Shown here: piece by piece, positions 8,748-18,688 of the stretch
Numbering within the stretch: the first letter of the stretch is position 1
Layout: each line of letters begins with the position of its first letter
Virus record (IMG/VR): IMGVR_UViG_3300037337_000032
Span: 10,498-74,497 of that record
DNA length: 64,000 bases
Source: a virus
Direction: 5' to 3' (one strand)
The notes under the pieces: model-generated
The model's database searches: none
The model's input: only the letters and a program-made list of their open reading frames with translations
What the model was told of the DNA's origin: nothing
Position numbers and translations under genes: made by a program

Positions 8748-9246
8748 TTTATACAATGCAGCAGATGTTAGGAAAGTAAGAGAGTTCCTAACAAACGAGC
8801 AGAATAATAAATGTGCAGTAACTGGCATAGAGATAGCAGCTAAACAGCATGTAACCGACCATGCGCACGATGAAACACAACTAGTTCGTGGAGTATTACA
8901 CAGGCAAACTAATAGCTTTCTTGGTAAAGCTGAGAATGCTTTTGTAAGACTAATCGCATGGTGGTATCCGAATGATCTACCAACCCTATTAAGAGAGTGT
9001 GCAGAGTACCTGGAAAAAGAACCAGACTTACGCTACCGACATAACGGATGGATCAAAAAGATAAATACGCAATTTAATAAGCTCAAAGAATCTCAGAAAG
9101 ACTCTGTACTTGCTAAACTTGGTAAACCACCTGGAAAGAATGCAGTAGAGCGTAAAAAGATGTTTCAATCTGCTGTGTTAACTAAGAAGTTTAGCTATAG
9201 CGTAATCTGTAGTTTTATCAATAAAGAAAGAGTCACAACTTTTTAG
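8731..9246 (+). CDS. recombination endonuclease VII family protein
   Basis: QNNKCAVTG...DHAH...VRGVLHRQTNSFLGK. Confidence 0.85.
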   Translation: MQTTIDLYNAADVRKVREFLTNEQNNKCAVTGIEIAAKQHVTDHAHDETQLVRGVLHRQTNSFLGKAENAFVRLIAWWYPNDLPTLLRECAEYLEKEPDLRYRHNGWIKKINTQFNKLKESQKDSVLAKLGKPPGKNAVERKKMFQSAVLTKKFSYSVICSFINKERVTTF

Positions 9247-9268
9247 GCTCATTTAACAAAGGACTGGT

Positions 9269-9454
9269 ATGAAAATCCGAGTAATCAGGTGCAGTGATCC
9301 ATTGCTATGGTACGCTAGCCACATAGGTCAAGAATTTGATGTAGCTTTCGTAGACCAGAATTCTTACTGGAGTCGAGAAGTAGATGGTGTATTCAATTGT
9401 TTAAATTGGTTGCACAAAGAAGACGCAATTATTACAGAAGGAAATGCAGAATGA
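9269..9454 (+). CDS. hypothetical protein
   Basis: ORF with AAGGA RBS, ATGA overlap with next gene. Confidence 0.65.
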   Translation: MKIRVIRCSDPLLWYASHIGQEFDVAFVDQNSYWSREVDGVFNCLNWLHKEDAIITEGNAE

Positions 9455-10398
9455 AATATTCAAAAAATACGATTAACTTAATTAAATCAATGCAAAGCTT
9501 AGGATTATCTTCACGAAAGATTGCAATGCAATTAGACATCAGTAAGTCAGGTGTCAATGATCTTTTTAAGCGAAAAGCTACACTGCTATGTGAGCAAGAG
9601 GCTGAAGATTCTAAGGGTAAACAACCTCGTATTCTTATCTTCGACTTGGAGACGGCAGCTGCCACTGCTCTCACATTCGGAAGATTTAAGGTGAACTTGT
9701 CTCAGGCTAATATTCTAGAGAATGGTGGTTGGATTCTTTGCGCTTGTTGGCGCTGGTTAGGACAAGAAGAGGTAGAATCACTGTGGCTCTCACCACAAGA
9801 AGTTGCTGAGTGCGATGACAGCAGGATTGTGGAGCGATTATTTGAACTATACGAAGAAGCTGATGCTGTACTAGCGCATAATAGTCTAGGCTTCGACCAT
9901 AAGGTTCTACAGGCAAGGGCTATCTATAATGGATTTCCAGCTTTACCTTTGGTTAAAGTATTAGATACACTTCAACTAGCACGAAGATACTTAAAGCTCC
10001 CAAGTAATCGTTTAGACGCAATCGGTGAGTTCTTTGGCCTTGGACGGAAGATTGACACAGGTGGTATTTCTCTGTGGAAGGAAGTTCAATCTGGAGATAA
10101 AGAAGCTATGGCTAGGATGCTTGAGTACTGTAAACAAGACGTTAATTTGTTGTACGAGGTTTACCTACGGACTCGTCACTTGGGGCGAGCAGGTTCAGAC
10201 TTTAATGCAGCCTTGTACTACGACGATGATAAGGTTCGTTGCCGTGTTTGTGGAAGTACTGATGTCTACGAGACTGGTCGTACTACAGAGACAGCACTGA
10301 ATTCTTTCGCTGAAGTTCGTTGTAATAGTTGTGGTGCTGTTCATCGGCATCGTCAGGCTAAGACAACAAAAGAAAAACGAAAAAACTTGTTGATGTAA
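9451..10398 (+). CDS. HTH + RNase H-like (DnaQ-type) exonuclease + Zn ribbon
   Basis: N-terminal HTH (LSSRKIAMQLDISKSGV), FDLET, AHNSLGFD, YCKQD, C-terminal CxxC...CxxC. Confidence 0.8.
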   Translation: MKYSKNTINLIKSMQSLGLSSRKIAMQLDISKSGVNDLFKRKATLLCEQEAEDSKGKQPRILIFDLETAAATALTFGRFKVNLSQANILENGGWILCACWRWLGQEEVESLWLSPQEVAECDDSRIVERLFELYEEADAVLAHNSLGFDHKVLQARAIYNGFPALPLVKVLDTLQLARRYLKLPSNRLDAIGEFFGLGRKIDTGGISLWKEVQSGDKEAMARMLEYCKQDVNLLYEVYLRTRHLGRAGSDFNAALYYDDDKVRCRVCGSTDVYETGRTTETALNSFAEVRCNSCGAVHRHRQAKTTKEKRKNLLM

Positions 10399-10451
10399 AG
10401 CAACTGTGATATACTTATATCGTAGACCGAAAGTAACAATCTAAACATAAA

Positions 10452-10477
10452 CCCCCGGCTAATAACCGGGGATTTTT
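10452..10477 (+). terminator. Rho-independent terminator
   Basis: CCCCGG/CCGGGG stem then ATTTTT. Confidence 0.75.
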
Positions 10478-10494
10478 ACATTAAGGAATAAGTA

Positions 10495-10659
10495 ATGACA
10501 CAAACTTGGATCAAATGGTTAGTAAATAATAGCATGCGATTTGTTGTATATTTTGTTTGGTTTTTAGTGCTACCGCTATATCTTATTGCATATGCTAAAG
10601 ACGCAGCTAGTGACGCCTCTAATGATCTTAAAAAAATTCAAAAACTCAAGAAGGATTAA
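10495..10659 (+). CDS. small membrane protein (54 aa, not in ORF track)
   Basis: AAGGA RBS; MTQTWIKWLV...FVVYFVWFLVLPLYLIAY...; stop abuts next ATG. Confidence 0.6.
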   Translation: MTQTWIKWLVNNSMRFVVYFVWFLVLPLYLIAYAKDAASDASNDLKKIQKLKKD

Positions 10660-10660
10660 T

Positions 10661-11185
10661 ATGCAGGAAGAACCTACCAACCAAGTTAACGATTATAGTA
10701 TAGAAGACTTTCAGATTGATTGTTATGCATTTAATGAAATTGCAGAAAAGCATAGTCTTACAAGTTTAAAAGATATTACATTACAGTATGAACTGATAGC
10801 AGAAGAGACTCAAGAGATTAAAGACAAGGGTATTGACTTCAACGACCCGACAGAGGTTCTAGATGGTGTGCTTGACGTTATGGTAACTGCTCTAGGCTTA
10901 CTACAGAAATTAGAATATTTAGGTATAAACGTAAATAAAGCTATGCAAGATACTGCATATAATAATTTAAGTAAGTTTCCATATTCAGAGGATATAGCGA
11001 TTTCTACCGCACAGCACTACGAAACCAAGGGTGTTAAAGTAAAAGTAGAGTATAACTCAAGCTACGATCTTTTTGTAATTAAGAATGAATCTGATAAGGT
11101 TATGAAACCAACAGGATTTGAAAGTAATAACCTAGCTAATTGCATACCACTTAACTTACTTATGGATGGATTTAAATATGACTAA
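10661..11185 (+). CDS. MazG-like / PRA-PH-like NTP pyrophosphohydrolase
   Basis: LIAEETQE...EVLDGVLDVMV...NNLSK...KVMKP pattern. Confidence 0.8.
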   Translation: MQEEPTNQVNDYSIEDFQIDCYAFNEIAEKHSLTSLKDITLQYELIAEETQEIKDKGIDFNDPTEVLDGVLDVMVTALGLLQKLEYLGINVNKAMQDTAYNNLSKFPYSEDIAISTAQHYETKGVKVKVEYNSSYDLFVIKNESDKVMKPTGFESNNLANCIPLNLLMDGFKYD

Positions 11186-11570
11186 TATGCAAAGTACTAC
11201 ACAAGAAATTAAAGAATGGCAGCACCCAAGTAGTTCTAAACTGGATACTACACAGCAACCTATTGGTACTAAATACGACCAAGACAAACTGCAATATACT
11301 CTAATTCCACCTAAAGCACTAGAAGCTGTAGCTCGTAACCTAACCATAGGACTGAAGAAGTATAAAGAGCGTGACAACTGGAAAAAAGTGCCCAATGCAA
11401 ACCAGCGATATCTAGATGCACTTTACAGGCATCTGGAGGCCCATAGAAGCGGTCAGTTGTATGATGTTGATAGCAGTGACCCAACTATGCCGCATATGGC
11501 TGCAGTGGCTGTAAATGCCCTATTTTTACTTGAATTTATGCTAGACCCCAACTTAAAGGAAAAAGAATGA
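11178..11570 (+). CDS. dATP/dGTP diphosphohydrolase domain protein (DUF5664-like)
   Basis: GTKYDQDKLQYTLIP...GLKKY..DNW...ALYRHL...PHMAAVAVNALFL. Confidence 0.85.
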   Translation: MTNMQSTTQEIKEWQHPSSSKLDTTQQPIGTKYDQDKLQYTLIPPKALEAVARNLTIGLKKYKERDNWKKVPNANQRYLDALYRHLEAHRSGQLYDVDSSDPTMPHMAAVAVNALFLLEFMLDPNLKEKE

Positions 11571-11722
11571 TTACTACTATATTATATATTTGTCTAGCTT
11601 TAAGCGTAACTACATTTGTGCTTATCTATTTAGCTATTCTGAAAATAATTTATGAGAATAAGCAACTTTATGCTAGTCTAAAGAAAGATAAAGAAAACCT
11701 TGATTTAACTAAAACCCTGTGA
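11567..11722 (+). CDS. small membrane protein (51 aa, not in ORF track)
   Basis: ATGA overlap with upstream stop; N-terminal hydrophobic helix. Confidence 0.55.
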   Translation: MITTILYICLALSVTTFVLIYLAILKIIYENKQLYASLKKDKENLDLTKTL

Positions 11723-11757
11723 TAGAATCACTATTCTCTTAATTTTAAAGGTAGTAA

Positions 11758-12177
11758 ATGAATAAAAAAATAAAGCACCCTGTCCGCCCTAATGCTATCG
11801 TTGCTCTTTGTGTTATCTCAGAGTCGGAAATCTCAAGAGTAATGCCAAATTACAGCGCAGAGTTTGAGAACGAAGAGATTAAATTTAAGAGTTTCCTTTA
11901 TAACTTAGGTATGGACATTAATAAGCCGTTTCAACGCCAAGATGGTCTTCAGCATCGTAATCGATTGAATGAAGTGGTAGTCTGTAGTAGGTGGGTGGGA
12001 GAAGAACGACTAGACGAAGCTTGGATTTATAGCAGTTACGCAAGTAAATCTGCTATTGATAAAGCAAGTGGAAGCAAGTTAACAGAAGACTTGTACCGCG
12101 CAAGGTATGAGACAGAAGACGCGCAAAATATGTTAGAAGCACGAGAACGATATAATACAACAACTGAGGAAGAATAA
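11758..12177 (+). CDS. hypothetical protein
   Basis: ORF downstream of TTGATT...TAGAAT promoter-like site, coupled to nrdB. Confidence 0.7.
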   Translation: MNKKIKHPVRPNAIVALCVISESEISRVMPNYSAEFENEEIKFKSFLYNLGMDINKPFQRQDGLQHRNRLNEVVVCSRWVGEERLDEAWIYSSYASKSAIDKASGSKLTEDLYRARYETEDAQNMLEARERYNTTTEEE

Positions 12178-13169
12178 TGCTAGAAAAGCACTTATTGCCA
12201 ATTAACGAACGACAAGAACCCGTAGAATTTGCAGATCAACAACTGAAAGTATTCTGGTTGCCTGATGAGATTAAAGTAGAAAAAGACGTACAAGATGTAC
12301 TTGTAAACTTTACACCAGCCGAGAAACATGCAGTTATCACTACGCTAAAGCTGTTCAGTATCTATGAAACACACGCAGGATCTGAGTATTGGGGTGGAAG
12401 ATTTAAGAGTATCTTTGATGGTGCTGAGTTTCATAGAATGGGTTCAGTATTCTCTATGTTTGAGCTTGCAGTTCACGCTCCATTCTACAATAAGATTAAT
12501 CAATTACTACATATTGATACACCTGAGTTTTATACTTCATATTTAAACGATCCAGTACTGAAGCAACGAGTAGAGCATATTGGTGAAATTATTGCTCACC
12601 CTGATAACCTAATCTCACTAGCTGCTTTCTCAATGGTAGAAGGTGTTATTTTATACTCTTCGTTTGCATTCTTGAAGCACTACCAATCTCAAGGTAAGAA
12701 TAAGCTAATGAATATTGTACGTGGAATTAATTTCTCCGTTAGAGATGAAAATATGCACTCTGTTGGTGGGGCTTGGTGTTTTAAGTACAGACTAGAACAG
12801 ATTAAGTCAACTATGTCTGCTGTAGAATTTGAAGAGTATACTGCTAGTATTGAAAAGCAAGTAAGAGAAGTAGCCCAAAAACTATATGAGCATGAGTGCC
12901 AGATAATTCATAAGTTATTCGAGCAAGGCGAAATTAAGGGTATTACTGCACATCAACTTGAGAACTTTGTACAGTCTAGAGTTAACGAGTGTTTAAAGCA
13001 ATTAGGCTTTGCTAAACAATATGATGTAAAATACAACCCAATTTCTGAATGGTTTTACAAGGGTATTAACAATTATACGTTCAATGACTTCTTTAGTGGT
13101 ATGGGTAATCAATATCACCGCAGTTGGGATAGTTCACAATTCGTATGGAAAAAGGAAATAAATGAGTAA
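12177..13169 (+). CDS. nrdB: class I ribonucleotide reductase beta subunit
   Basis: FWLPDEI, ELAVHAPFY, VEGVILYSSF, RDENMH, C-terminal DFF...Y. Confidence 0.95.
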   Translation: MLEKHLLPINERQEPVEFADQQLKVFWLPDEIKVEKDVQDVLVNFTPAEKHAVITTLKLFSIYETHAGSEYWGGRFKSIFDGAEFHRMGSVFSMFELAVHAPFYNKINQLLHIDTPEFYTSYLNDPVLKQRVEHIGEIIAHPDNLISLAAFSMVEGVILYSSFAFLKHYQSQGKNKLMNIVRGINFSVRDENMHSVGGAWCFKYRLEQIKSTMSAVEFEEYTASIEKQVREVAQKLYEHECQIIHKLFEQGEIKGITAHQLENFVQSRVNECLKQLGFAKQYDVKYNPISEWFYKGINNYTFNDFFSGMGNQYHRSWDSSQFVWKKEINE

Positions 13170-14865
13170 TATCTATAAAGAACTAAGCGAAGAACGTAAA
13201 GAACTACAGTTGAGAGGTTTAGTACCCCAGTGGTATACTACTGCAGGTTATCAGATGTTCAAAGAAAAGTACGAATATGAAGTTGAAGGTCAATCTGTTC
13301 GTGGGCAGTTCGAGAGAATTGCCAAGACCGCAGCAAAGCATTTAAAAGGTACTTCCTTTGAAGAAGCCGCAGAAGGTAAGTTTTTCGATCTGCTATGGGA
13401 AGGCTGGCTTTCAGCTAGCACCCCCGTGTTGGCAAATATGGGAACTAGTAGGGGTATGCCTGTATCTTGCTCTGGGACTGTAATAGAAGACTCTGTGGAT
13501 GGTTTCTACAGTAATCTACGCGAAGTAGCCCTGCTTACTAAATATGGATTTGGCACGGCTACAGATTTAAGTGCAGTTCGTCCTAGAGGATCTAAGATCA
13601 GTATCGGTGGAAAAGCAAGTGGTGTATTACCTGTAATTAAGGAGCACGTAAACGCCATGCGTAATATCGCCCAAGGAACTGCTAGACGTGGTGCCTGGGC
13701 CTTCTATTTGAACATTGAACACGGTGATTTCCATGAGATTGCAGATCATATATTAGCCGAACCAGATGATTTAAATGCAGGGTGGGTAATTAAACAGTCT
13801 TTTATTGCTGCACTGGAAAATGGAGATAAAGAGGCAACTGAACGTTTTCAAAAGGCAATGAAGATTAAGATGGTAACTGGTAAAGGTTACTTCTTCTTTA
13901 TCGACAAAGCTAATGCTAAACGACCTTTGACTTACCAACATCACGACTTAAAGATCAACAACAGCCAACTGTGTTCTGAGATCATGCTATTCAATGATGA
14001 AAACCACACCTATACTTGTGTACTGTCATCTATGAACGCAGCAAAGCGCAAAGAGTGGAAAGGCACAGATGCCCCTTATTGGGCTACAGTGTTTCTAGAT
14101 TGCGTAGCATCTGAGTTTATAGAGAAAGCTCGAAACGTAAGTGGACTTGAAAAAGCAGTAAGATTTACTGAAAAGAGTAGGGCACTTGGTTTAGGTCTTT
14201 GTGGTATTCATACTTTATTCATGCAAGAGATGTTTACGTTTGAGAGTTTTGATGCTCATATTCTAAGTCAAGAAATTTCTGCAGATATCTGGGAGCAAGC
14301 TGAGAAAGCTACAAAAGATATGGCAATTGTGCTTGGTGAACCTGAGTGGTGCAAAGGCTTTAATCGTAGGAATAGCCACACTATTGCTATTGCCCCTACT
14401 AAATCTACTGCGCTATTGATGGGTGGTGTCTCAGAGGGAATCAATCCAGATCCTGCTATGAGTTACAATCAGATGACAAGTGCAGGTGAGATTGATCGCT
14501 TAAACCCTGTACTACTTGAGCTGATGAAGAACAAGGGTGTTTACTCTAAGAAGCACGTGCAAGAAATTACCGACAAGCAAGGATCAGTACAGCATGTCAG
14601 TTGGCTAGATGATGTTGAAAAACAAGTATTTAAAACTGCTTTTGAAATCAACCAGAAAGCTGTGTTAAGATTAGCCTCTGCTCGAAGTAGATATATTGAT
14701 CAGTGGCAGTCTTTGAACTTATTCTTTGCTGCTGATGAAGATCCGGCATGGATTGCTGAAGTGCATTCTGAAGCTTTTCGTGACCCTAATATCTTAGCTT
14801 TGTACTATATTTATACACAGGCTGGAGTACAAGCTAGTAAAGGCGAATGTGAAGCCTGCCAGTAA
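13162..14865 (+). CDS. nrdA: class I ribonucleotide reductase alpha subunit (no ATP cone)
   Basis: STPVLAN, VSC, SQLCSEI, IAPT, LYY, C-terminal CEACQ. Confidence 0.95.
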   Translation: MSNIYKELSEERKELQLRGLVPQWYTTAGYQMFKEKYEYEVEGQSVRGQFERIAKTAAKHLKGTSFEEAAEGKFFDLLWEGWLSASTPVLANMGTSRGMPVSCSGTVIEDSVDGFYSNLREVALLTKYGFGTATDLSAVRPRGSKISIGGKASGVLPVIKEHVNAMRNIAQGTARRGAWAFYLNIEHGDFHEIADHILAEPDDLNAGWVIKQSFIAALENGDKEATERFQKAMKIKMVTGKGYFFFIDKANAKRPLTYQHHDLKINNSQLCSEIMLFNDENHTYTCVLSSMNAAKRKEWKGTDAPYWATVFLDCVASEFIEKARNVSGLEKAVRFTEKSRALGLGLCGIHTLFMQEMFTFESFDAHILSQEISADIWEQAEKATKDMAIVLGEPEWCKGFNRRNSHTIAIAPTKSTALLMGGVSEGINPDPAMSYNQMTSAGEIDRLNPVLLELMKNKGVYSKKHVQEITDKQGSVQHVSWLDDVEKQVFKTAFEINQKAVLRLASARSRYIDQWQSLNLFFAADEDPAWIAEVHSEAFRDPNILALYYIYTQAGVQASKGECEACQ

Positions 14866-14903
14866 TAAATGTAAAATACAATGCAATAAAATGCAATATA
14901 GCG

Positions 14904-14938
14904 ACATCTAAGCAATTAAAAGTACTATAGCGTAATCT
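14904..14938. repeat. dispersed motif CTAAG-N8-12-CTATAGCGTAATCT (also 33791-33852 twice, 9182-9209)
   Basis: Direct sequence comparison. Confidence 0.7.
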
Positions 14939-14946
14939 GCAGACGT

Positions 14947-14988
14947 AAAAATACCCGGAGTCCTGTGAAGGATATCCGGGTTTCTTTT
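14947..14988. terminator. bidirectional terminator between convergent modules
   Basis: ACCCGGA/TCCGGGT stem flanked by A-run and T-run. Confidence 0.75.
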
Positions 14989-15433
14989 ATTTGTGTAGTC
15001 CTAAAATATATCTAGTTTTACCGTCTGTATTTTTAGCTGTCAGTACTTGGTTACGATTAGCACCTGCATTAAAACTGATATGAGTCCATGTATTAAATTC
15101 GTTTATTGCTTGATCAAATTCAATACCTAAAGTAATCAACTGCTGTACTACATCGTAAGGTTCTACACCTTGCACTACAATGTCTACTGCTTTACCTTGA
15201 CTATGCTGGCTTGTTTTAACGCCTCCTACAGCTTTATTTACAGCTGGGCTACGGTAGCCGCTTGTAACTCTTAAGGAGAGGCCTAGAGCTGTTCTAAGCG
15301 GTTGTAGGATGTTTGTTACCAACTGCTGTAGATTTTGCACTACTTCTTCAGTTGGTTCATTAGAAATACCCAATTTAACAGCAGATGCAGATTGTGTAAA
15401 TTCTCCTAGAGAGAAGTTCTGAGATAGTTGCAT
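14987..15433 (-). CDS. endolysin, peptidase M15 family
   Basis: VTSGYRS, SQHSQGKAVDI, WTHISF Zn-binding motifs. Confidence 0.9.
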   Translation of the reverse strand: MQLSQNFSLGEFTQSASAVKLGISNEPTEEVVQNLQQLVTNILQPLRTALGLSLRVTSGYRSPAVNKAVGGVKTSQHSQGKAVDIVVQGVEPYDVVQQLITLGIEFDQAINEFNTWTHISFNAGANRNQVLTAKNTDGKTRYILGLHK

Positions 15434-15443
15434 ATTAAATCCT

Positions 15444-15935
15444 TTATTTAGTTAGCTTACTAATAGTATCATCTTTATTCTGAGAGCTTCTAGAAGAGCC
15501 TCTGTGAAAGTTAATGATAGTACCAGTTAAAGTCCAGAGCGAACCTAATGCCATATAAACTAGCTCTTTATTCTCTGCAGGAACTCCTTGAAAGAAAGCT
15601 AACCAAGACACAAGTACAGCAGCACCTACTACTATAAAATCTAAAATATAAGCTGAATTCTTAGATAATAAAGATGCACTAACTGCCTCTTGAATACGAG
15701 CATTCATGTTACGAGCATCTGCAGTATTTTTAAGATTCAATTCTTCTTGAAATTCTTCGTGCTTTAATACTGCTAGTTTTAATTCTGCAATCTTTTCTGC
15801 AGACATATCAGGTTCAAGTTTAATACCTGTTTTCTCTTCTACGTAATCTAAACCTTTGTCTACTACAGCTTGGGCTACTTTATGCAGATTATTAGATAGA
15901 AGAGAACTGATTACACCCGCTAAGATTGGTAACAT
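15444..15935 (-). CDS. putative holin
   Basis: ADAR..., two TM helices, FHRGSS C-terminus; adjacent to endolysin. Confidence 0.7.
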   Translation of the reverse strand: MLPILAGVISSLLSNNLHKVAQAVVDKGLDYVEEKTGIKLEPDMSAEKIAELKLAVLKHEEFQEELNLKNTADARNMNARIQEAVSASLLSKNSAYILDFIVVGAAVLVSWLAFFQGVPAENKELVYMALGSLWTLTGTIINFHRGSSRSSQNKDDTISKLTK

Positions 15936-15946
15936 ATATTATATCC

Positions 15947-16174
15947 TTACATGCCTATGATTATTTTAAGTACATTAGTTATACCCATAGACTGAGATAG
16001 AACTACAAATACAGCACCCATTGCTAAATATTTAATCTGATTAAGTGTCTTCTCAATGCTGCTTAAAGCCCTACGTAGATCTGTAGAAATATCTTGAAGC
16101 TTTTTTAACTCCTGTGCATGATCATCTACTTTTATTTCGAGCTTTATAACTCGGTGTTCAATTTGTTCTGACAT
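15947..16174 (-). CDS. coiled-coil + TM lysis-associated protein (XhlA-like)
   Basis: N-terminal coiled coil, C-terminal TM; first gene of lysis cassette. Confidence 0.55.
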   Translation of the reverse strand: MSEQIEHRVIKLEIKVDDHAQELKKLQDISTDLRRALSSIEKTLNQIKYLAMGAVFVVLSQSMGITNVLKIIIGM

Positions 16175-16284
16175 AGTGGTTAGTATCCTTAGCGGCTGAG
16201 ATAGGAAGAAGTTATAATCTGTAATAAAAAATAAACCTGAGATAGTTACTATTTTATAAGTAGTATCTCAGGTAAAGTTGAACT

Positions 16285-16313
16285 ATTATAGCATAACTAT
16301 TCTAGTAAATCAA
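16285..16313 (-). promoter_or_regulatory. sigma70 promoter, extended -10 (lysis cassette)
   Basis: TTGATT-17 nt-TATAAT with TGC; same design at 30677, 37471, 46266, 52069, 53330. Confidence 0.75.
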
Positions 16314-16374
16314 GGTTTAAGCTGACATTGAGTCACTTTTAACACGAGATGTAGAATAACTATTTATCATTACT

Positions 16375-17322
16375 TTATTCTCTAGATAAAATATCCTCTA
16401 TTACTGCAAGCTGGCGTATCTGTACATCTCTTATCTTTATGCCACTTTCTATATACAGATTTTGTAATATACCACTTATTGCAGAACCTTTAATGGTTTC
16501 AGTCATAAGTACTTTTCTAAGCCCCTCAGATAGATCTGATGTACACTGCTTATCTGTATTCGTATGCACAAACAAAGCAGACCAACCGAGGTCTTCAATT
16601 TCTGCGTAACCCTGTTCCCTAAGTGTCGCTATGTTTTTTTTACCAACCAAGCTATGCTTAGGTGCTGCAATGATTCGGAGACTCCCACTATTAATTAGCC
16701 CACTTATTAAGGGGTTATCTGGGGCTGCCACTATGTAGTCTAGGCGTCCAGCAACGAGGTCAATGACTACTTGCCCAATACTTTTGTATTTAACTACTTC
16801 TGTTTTTGTAGCTAAACTTTTATCCAGCAGCTTAATAGTAAGGTAGTGACTCTCTGTAGCCCCTCCACCAAAAAGCCCTTGCTTTGTTATGCCTGCATCT
16901 ACCAGGTCCTTAGCGGTGAAGATATCTGACTTTGTGCTTACAAGTACTGCTAACGGTACTTGTATTAGTCCGTGGACAGGCGTTAAACCGCTAATCGGGT
17001 CTAATTGAGAACTAGCATGTGTAGCTTTAAGGTAACCCAGAGTAGCACCAGCAACTAGTGCTGTGCTGCAGTTAGCTGGTAAATTTGCAAACTTGTTTAG
17101 ACCTATTACGCCGCTTGCACCGGGTACGTTTACCACTACTACAGGTCTTCCCAACTCCTTCCCAAGCAGGGGTGCTAAGTATCTTAGGGCTACGTCAGTA
17201 GAACTTCCGACTCCAGATAGCGTCATTAGTGTTAGTGGCGAAGCTAGTAAACTTGCCGAACTAAATAATAGTAAAAAAACTAAAAAGTATTTTTTATAAT
17301 TCAAGTTAGCCTCCATTTTCAA
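16375..17322 (-). CDS. Bug/TctC-family tripartite tricarboxylate transporter substrate-binding protein
   Basis: Signal peptide; TDVALR...LGRPVVVVNVPGASGVIG; VKYK...DLVAGRLD; TLREQGY...W. Confidence 0.85.
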   Translation of the reverse strand: MKMEANLNYKKYFLVFLLLFSSASLLASPLTLMTLSGVGSSTDVALRYLAPLLGKELGRPVVVVNVPGASGVIGLNKFANLPANCSTALVAGATLGYLKATHASSQLDPISGLTPVHGLIQVPLAVLVSTKSDIFTAKDLVDAGITKQGLFGGGATESHYLTIKLLDKSLATKTEVVKYKSIGQVVIDLVAGRLDYIVAAPDNPLISGLINSGSLRIIAAPKHSLVGKKNIATLREQGYAEIEDLGWSALFVHTNTDKQCTSDLSEGLRKVLMTETIKGSAISGILQNLYIESGIKIRDVQIRQLAVIEDILSRE

Positions 17323-18664
17323 TATAATTAAATCTAGCCTGCACTTCTGTTTTTGTTAAGCCTATACCAGCAACCTGTACAACATCCCCTGTACTGTTAA
17401 ACCTACGTGGAAACAACTGTGCAGCATACAGGTCTACCACATATATTGCGGGTATAGGTGTAGCATGGTAGCCCCTAGCCTCATAGTATGTTTGCTGTTT
17501 CTTTGGTTTATGTATGTCCATCATATGCGCTATAGCCTGATCAAGAACAGGGTGTACTGCAGCAAAAAAACGAACATGGGAATTGGCTGCACCTCGTGCG
17601 TTCCAATCTAGCAACGTCCACTTATTGTCGTACCACACAAACTGTACACTATGTAGTCCGTTTCTTAGCCCATACTTAGTACACACACCTTGCAGTAGAG
17701 TAGCTAGTTCAGATATATCGCCTGTGTATGGTGTAACACGTCCGAACTGGTTGACAGATGGCAACCTGTGCTCGTCAACAGACCATATAAGAGCCTCACT
17801 TTCACAATTAACTGCAATGTGAATATGGAGGCTCTTTATAGGGTAGCTTAAAGCTGGCTGGATAACATACTCACCATACAGCGGGTTAGGCTTTGCTTGT
17901 TCCTCCCAGAAAGATGAGTGCATGGAATCAACAAAAGCCGAAGGGGACTCCCAAGTACTATAAGCAATTCCGTTATCTTCCTTAGAATACGTTCGTCTAC
18001 GCTTAACGAATATAGGTGTGTTTGGCAACCCTAATACGTCTTCCTTTTTTAGTGGAATAGTTACGGGCAGTGAGTCAAACCCTAGGGACTTCATATCTAT
18101 TCTATCTGTTAGACTTAGTAAGACACCTGCAGTAAACGGTACGCTAACACCTGTGCTAGGGTAGGCAAGCATTTCGTACACATCTGTGTCTGATAAGAGT
18201 AAAACGTAACCAGCCAAGCTAATATCTGTAGTTATGTCAATACCGAGGTTATGCTGCAACCCATCTAGCGTATTTTTATTTAGTAATTGCATTGTATTTT
18301 GAGGTACATACAGCGTTTTTCGATTTGTATCGCTGGCAACGTAGGCACTGGGGGAATCAAATAGTGTTGATTTGATGTACGGCACCCAAAGACAGGTTGC
18401 TTCATCTAAGTACAGCCTTGGGTTTTTATTTGGCAAATAGAAAGCATCCCGTTCTGCATCATAAATATAACCTACCCTCGCAAAGTTTTTACGTATAGCT
18501 GAACCACCATCTGGTTTTCCGTCTGCACTATAATGCACTCCACCTCGGGTATCAATTGAGGTCTGAACCCAAGTATCGGTCTTTGGCATTTCGTCGATGA
18601 ACAACTGTTCAGCCAGAATTACTTCGGTTACAGACCCCAATTCTACTTTTGCGTAATATGGCAT
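17306..18664 (-). CDS. tail-fibre-associated domain fused to ATP-grasp-like domain
   Basis: N-term WVQTS..TRGGVH...RKNFA..GY.YD..RDAF; C-term PIFVKRR...EYVIQP...GLHSVQF...LDWNAR. Confidence 0.55.
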   Translation of the reverse strand: MPYYAKVELGSVTEVILAEQLFIDEMPKTDTWVQTSIDTRGGVHYSADGKPDGGSAIRKNFARVGYIYDAERDAFYLPNKNPRLYLDEATCLWVPYIKSTLFDSPSAYVASDTNRKTLYVPQNTMQLLNKNTLDGLQHNLGIDITTDISLAGYVLLLSDTDVYEMLAYPSTGVSVPFTAGVLLSLTDRIDMKSLGFDSLPVTIPLKKEDVLGLPNTPIFVKRRRTYSKEDNGIAYSTWESPSAFVDSMHSSFWEEQAKPNPLYGEYVIQPALSYPIKSLHIHIAVNCESEALIWSVDEHRLPSVNQFGRVTPYTGDISELATLLQGVCTKYGLRNGLHSVQFVWYDNKWTLLDWNARGAANSHVRFFAAVHPVLDQAIAHMMDIHKPKKQQTYYEARGYHATPIPAIYVVDLYAAQLFPRRFNSTGDVVQVAGIGLTKTEVQARFNYIENGG

Positions 18665-18688
18665 ATTTCTCCTTAAACTGTAAAAAAA

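Noticed and set aside
10661-11570. Complete Z-base (2-aminoadenine) pathway
   Set aside because: No PurZ or DatZ-like HD gene in the window
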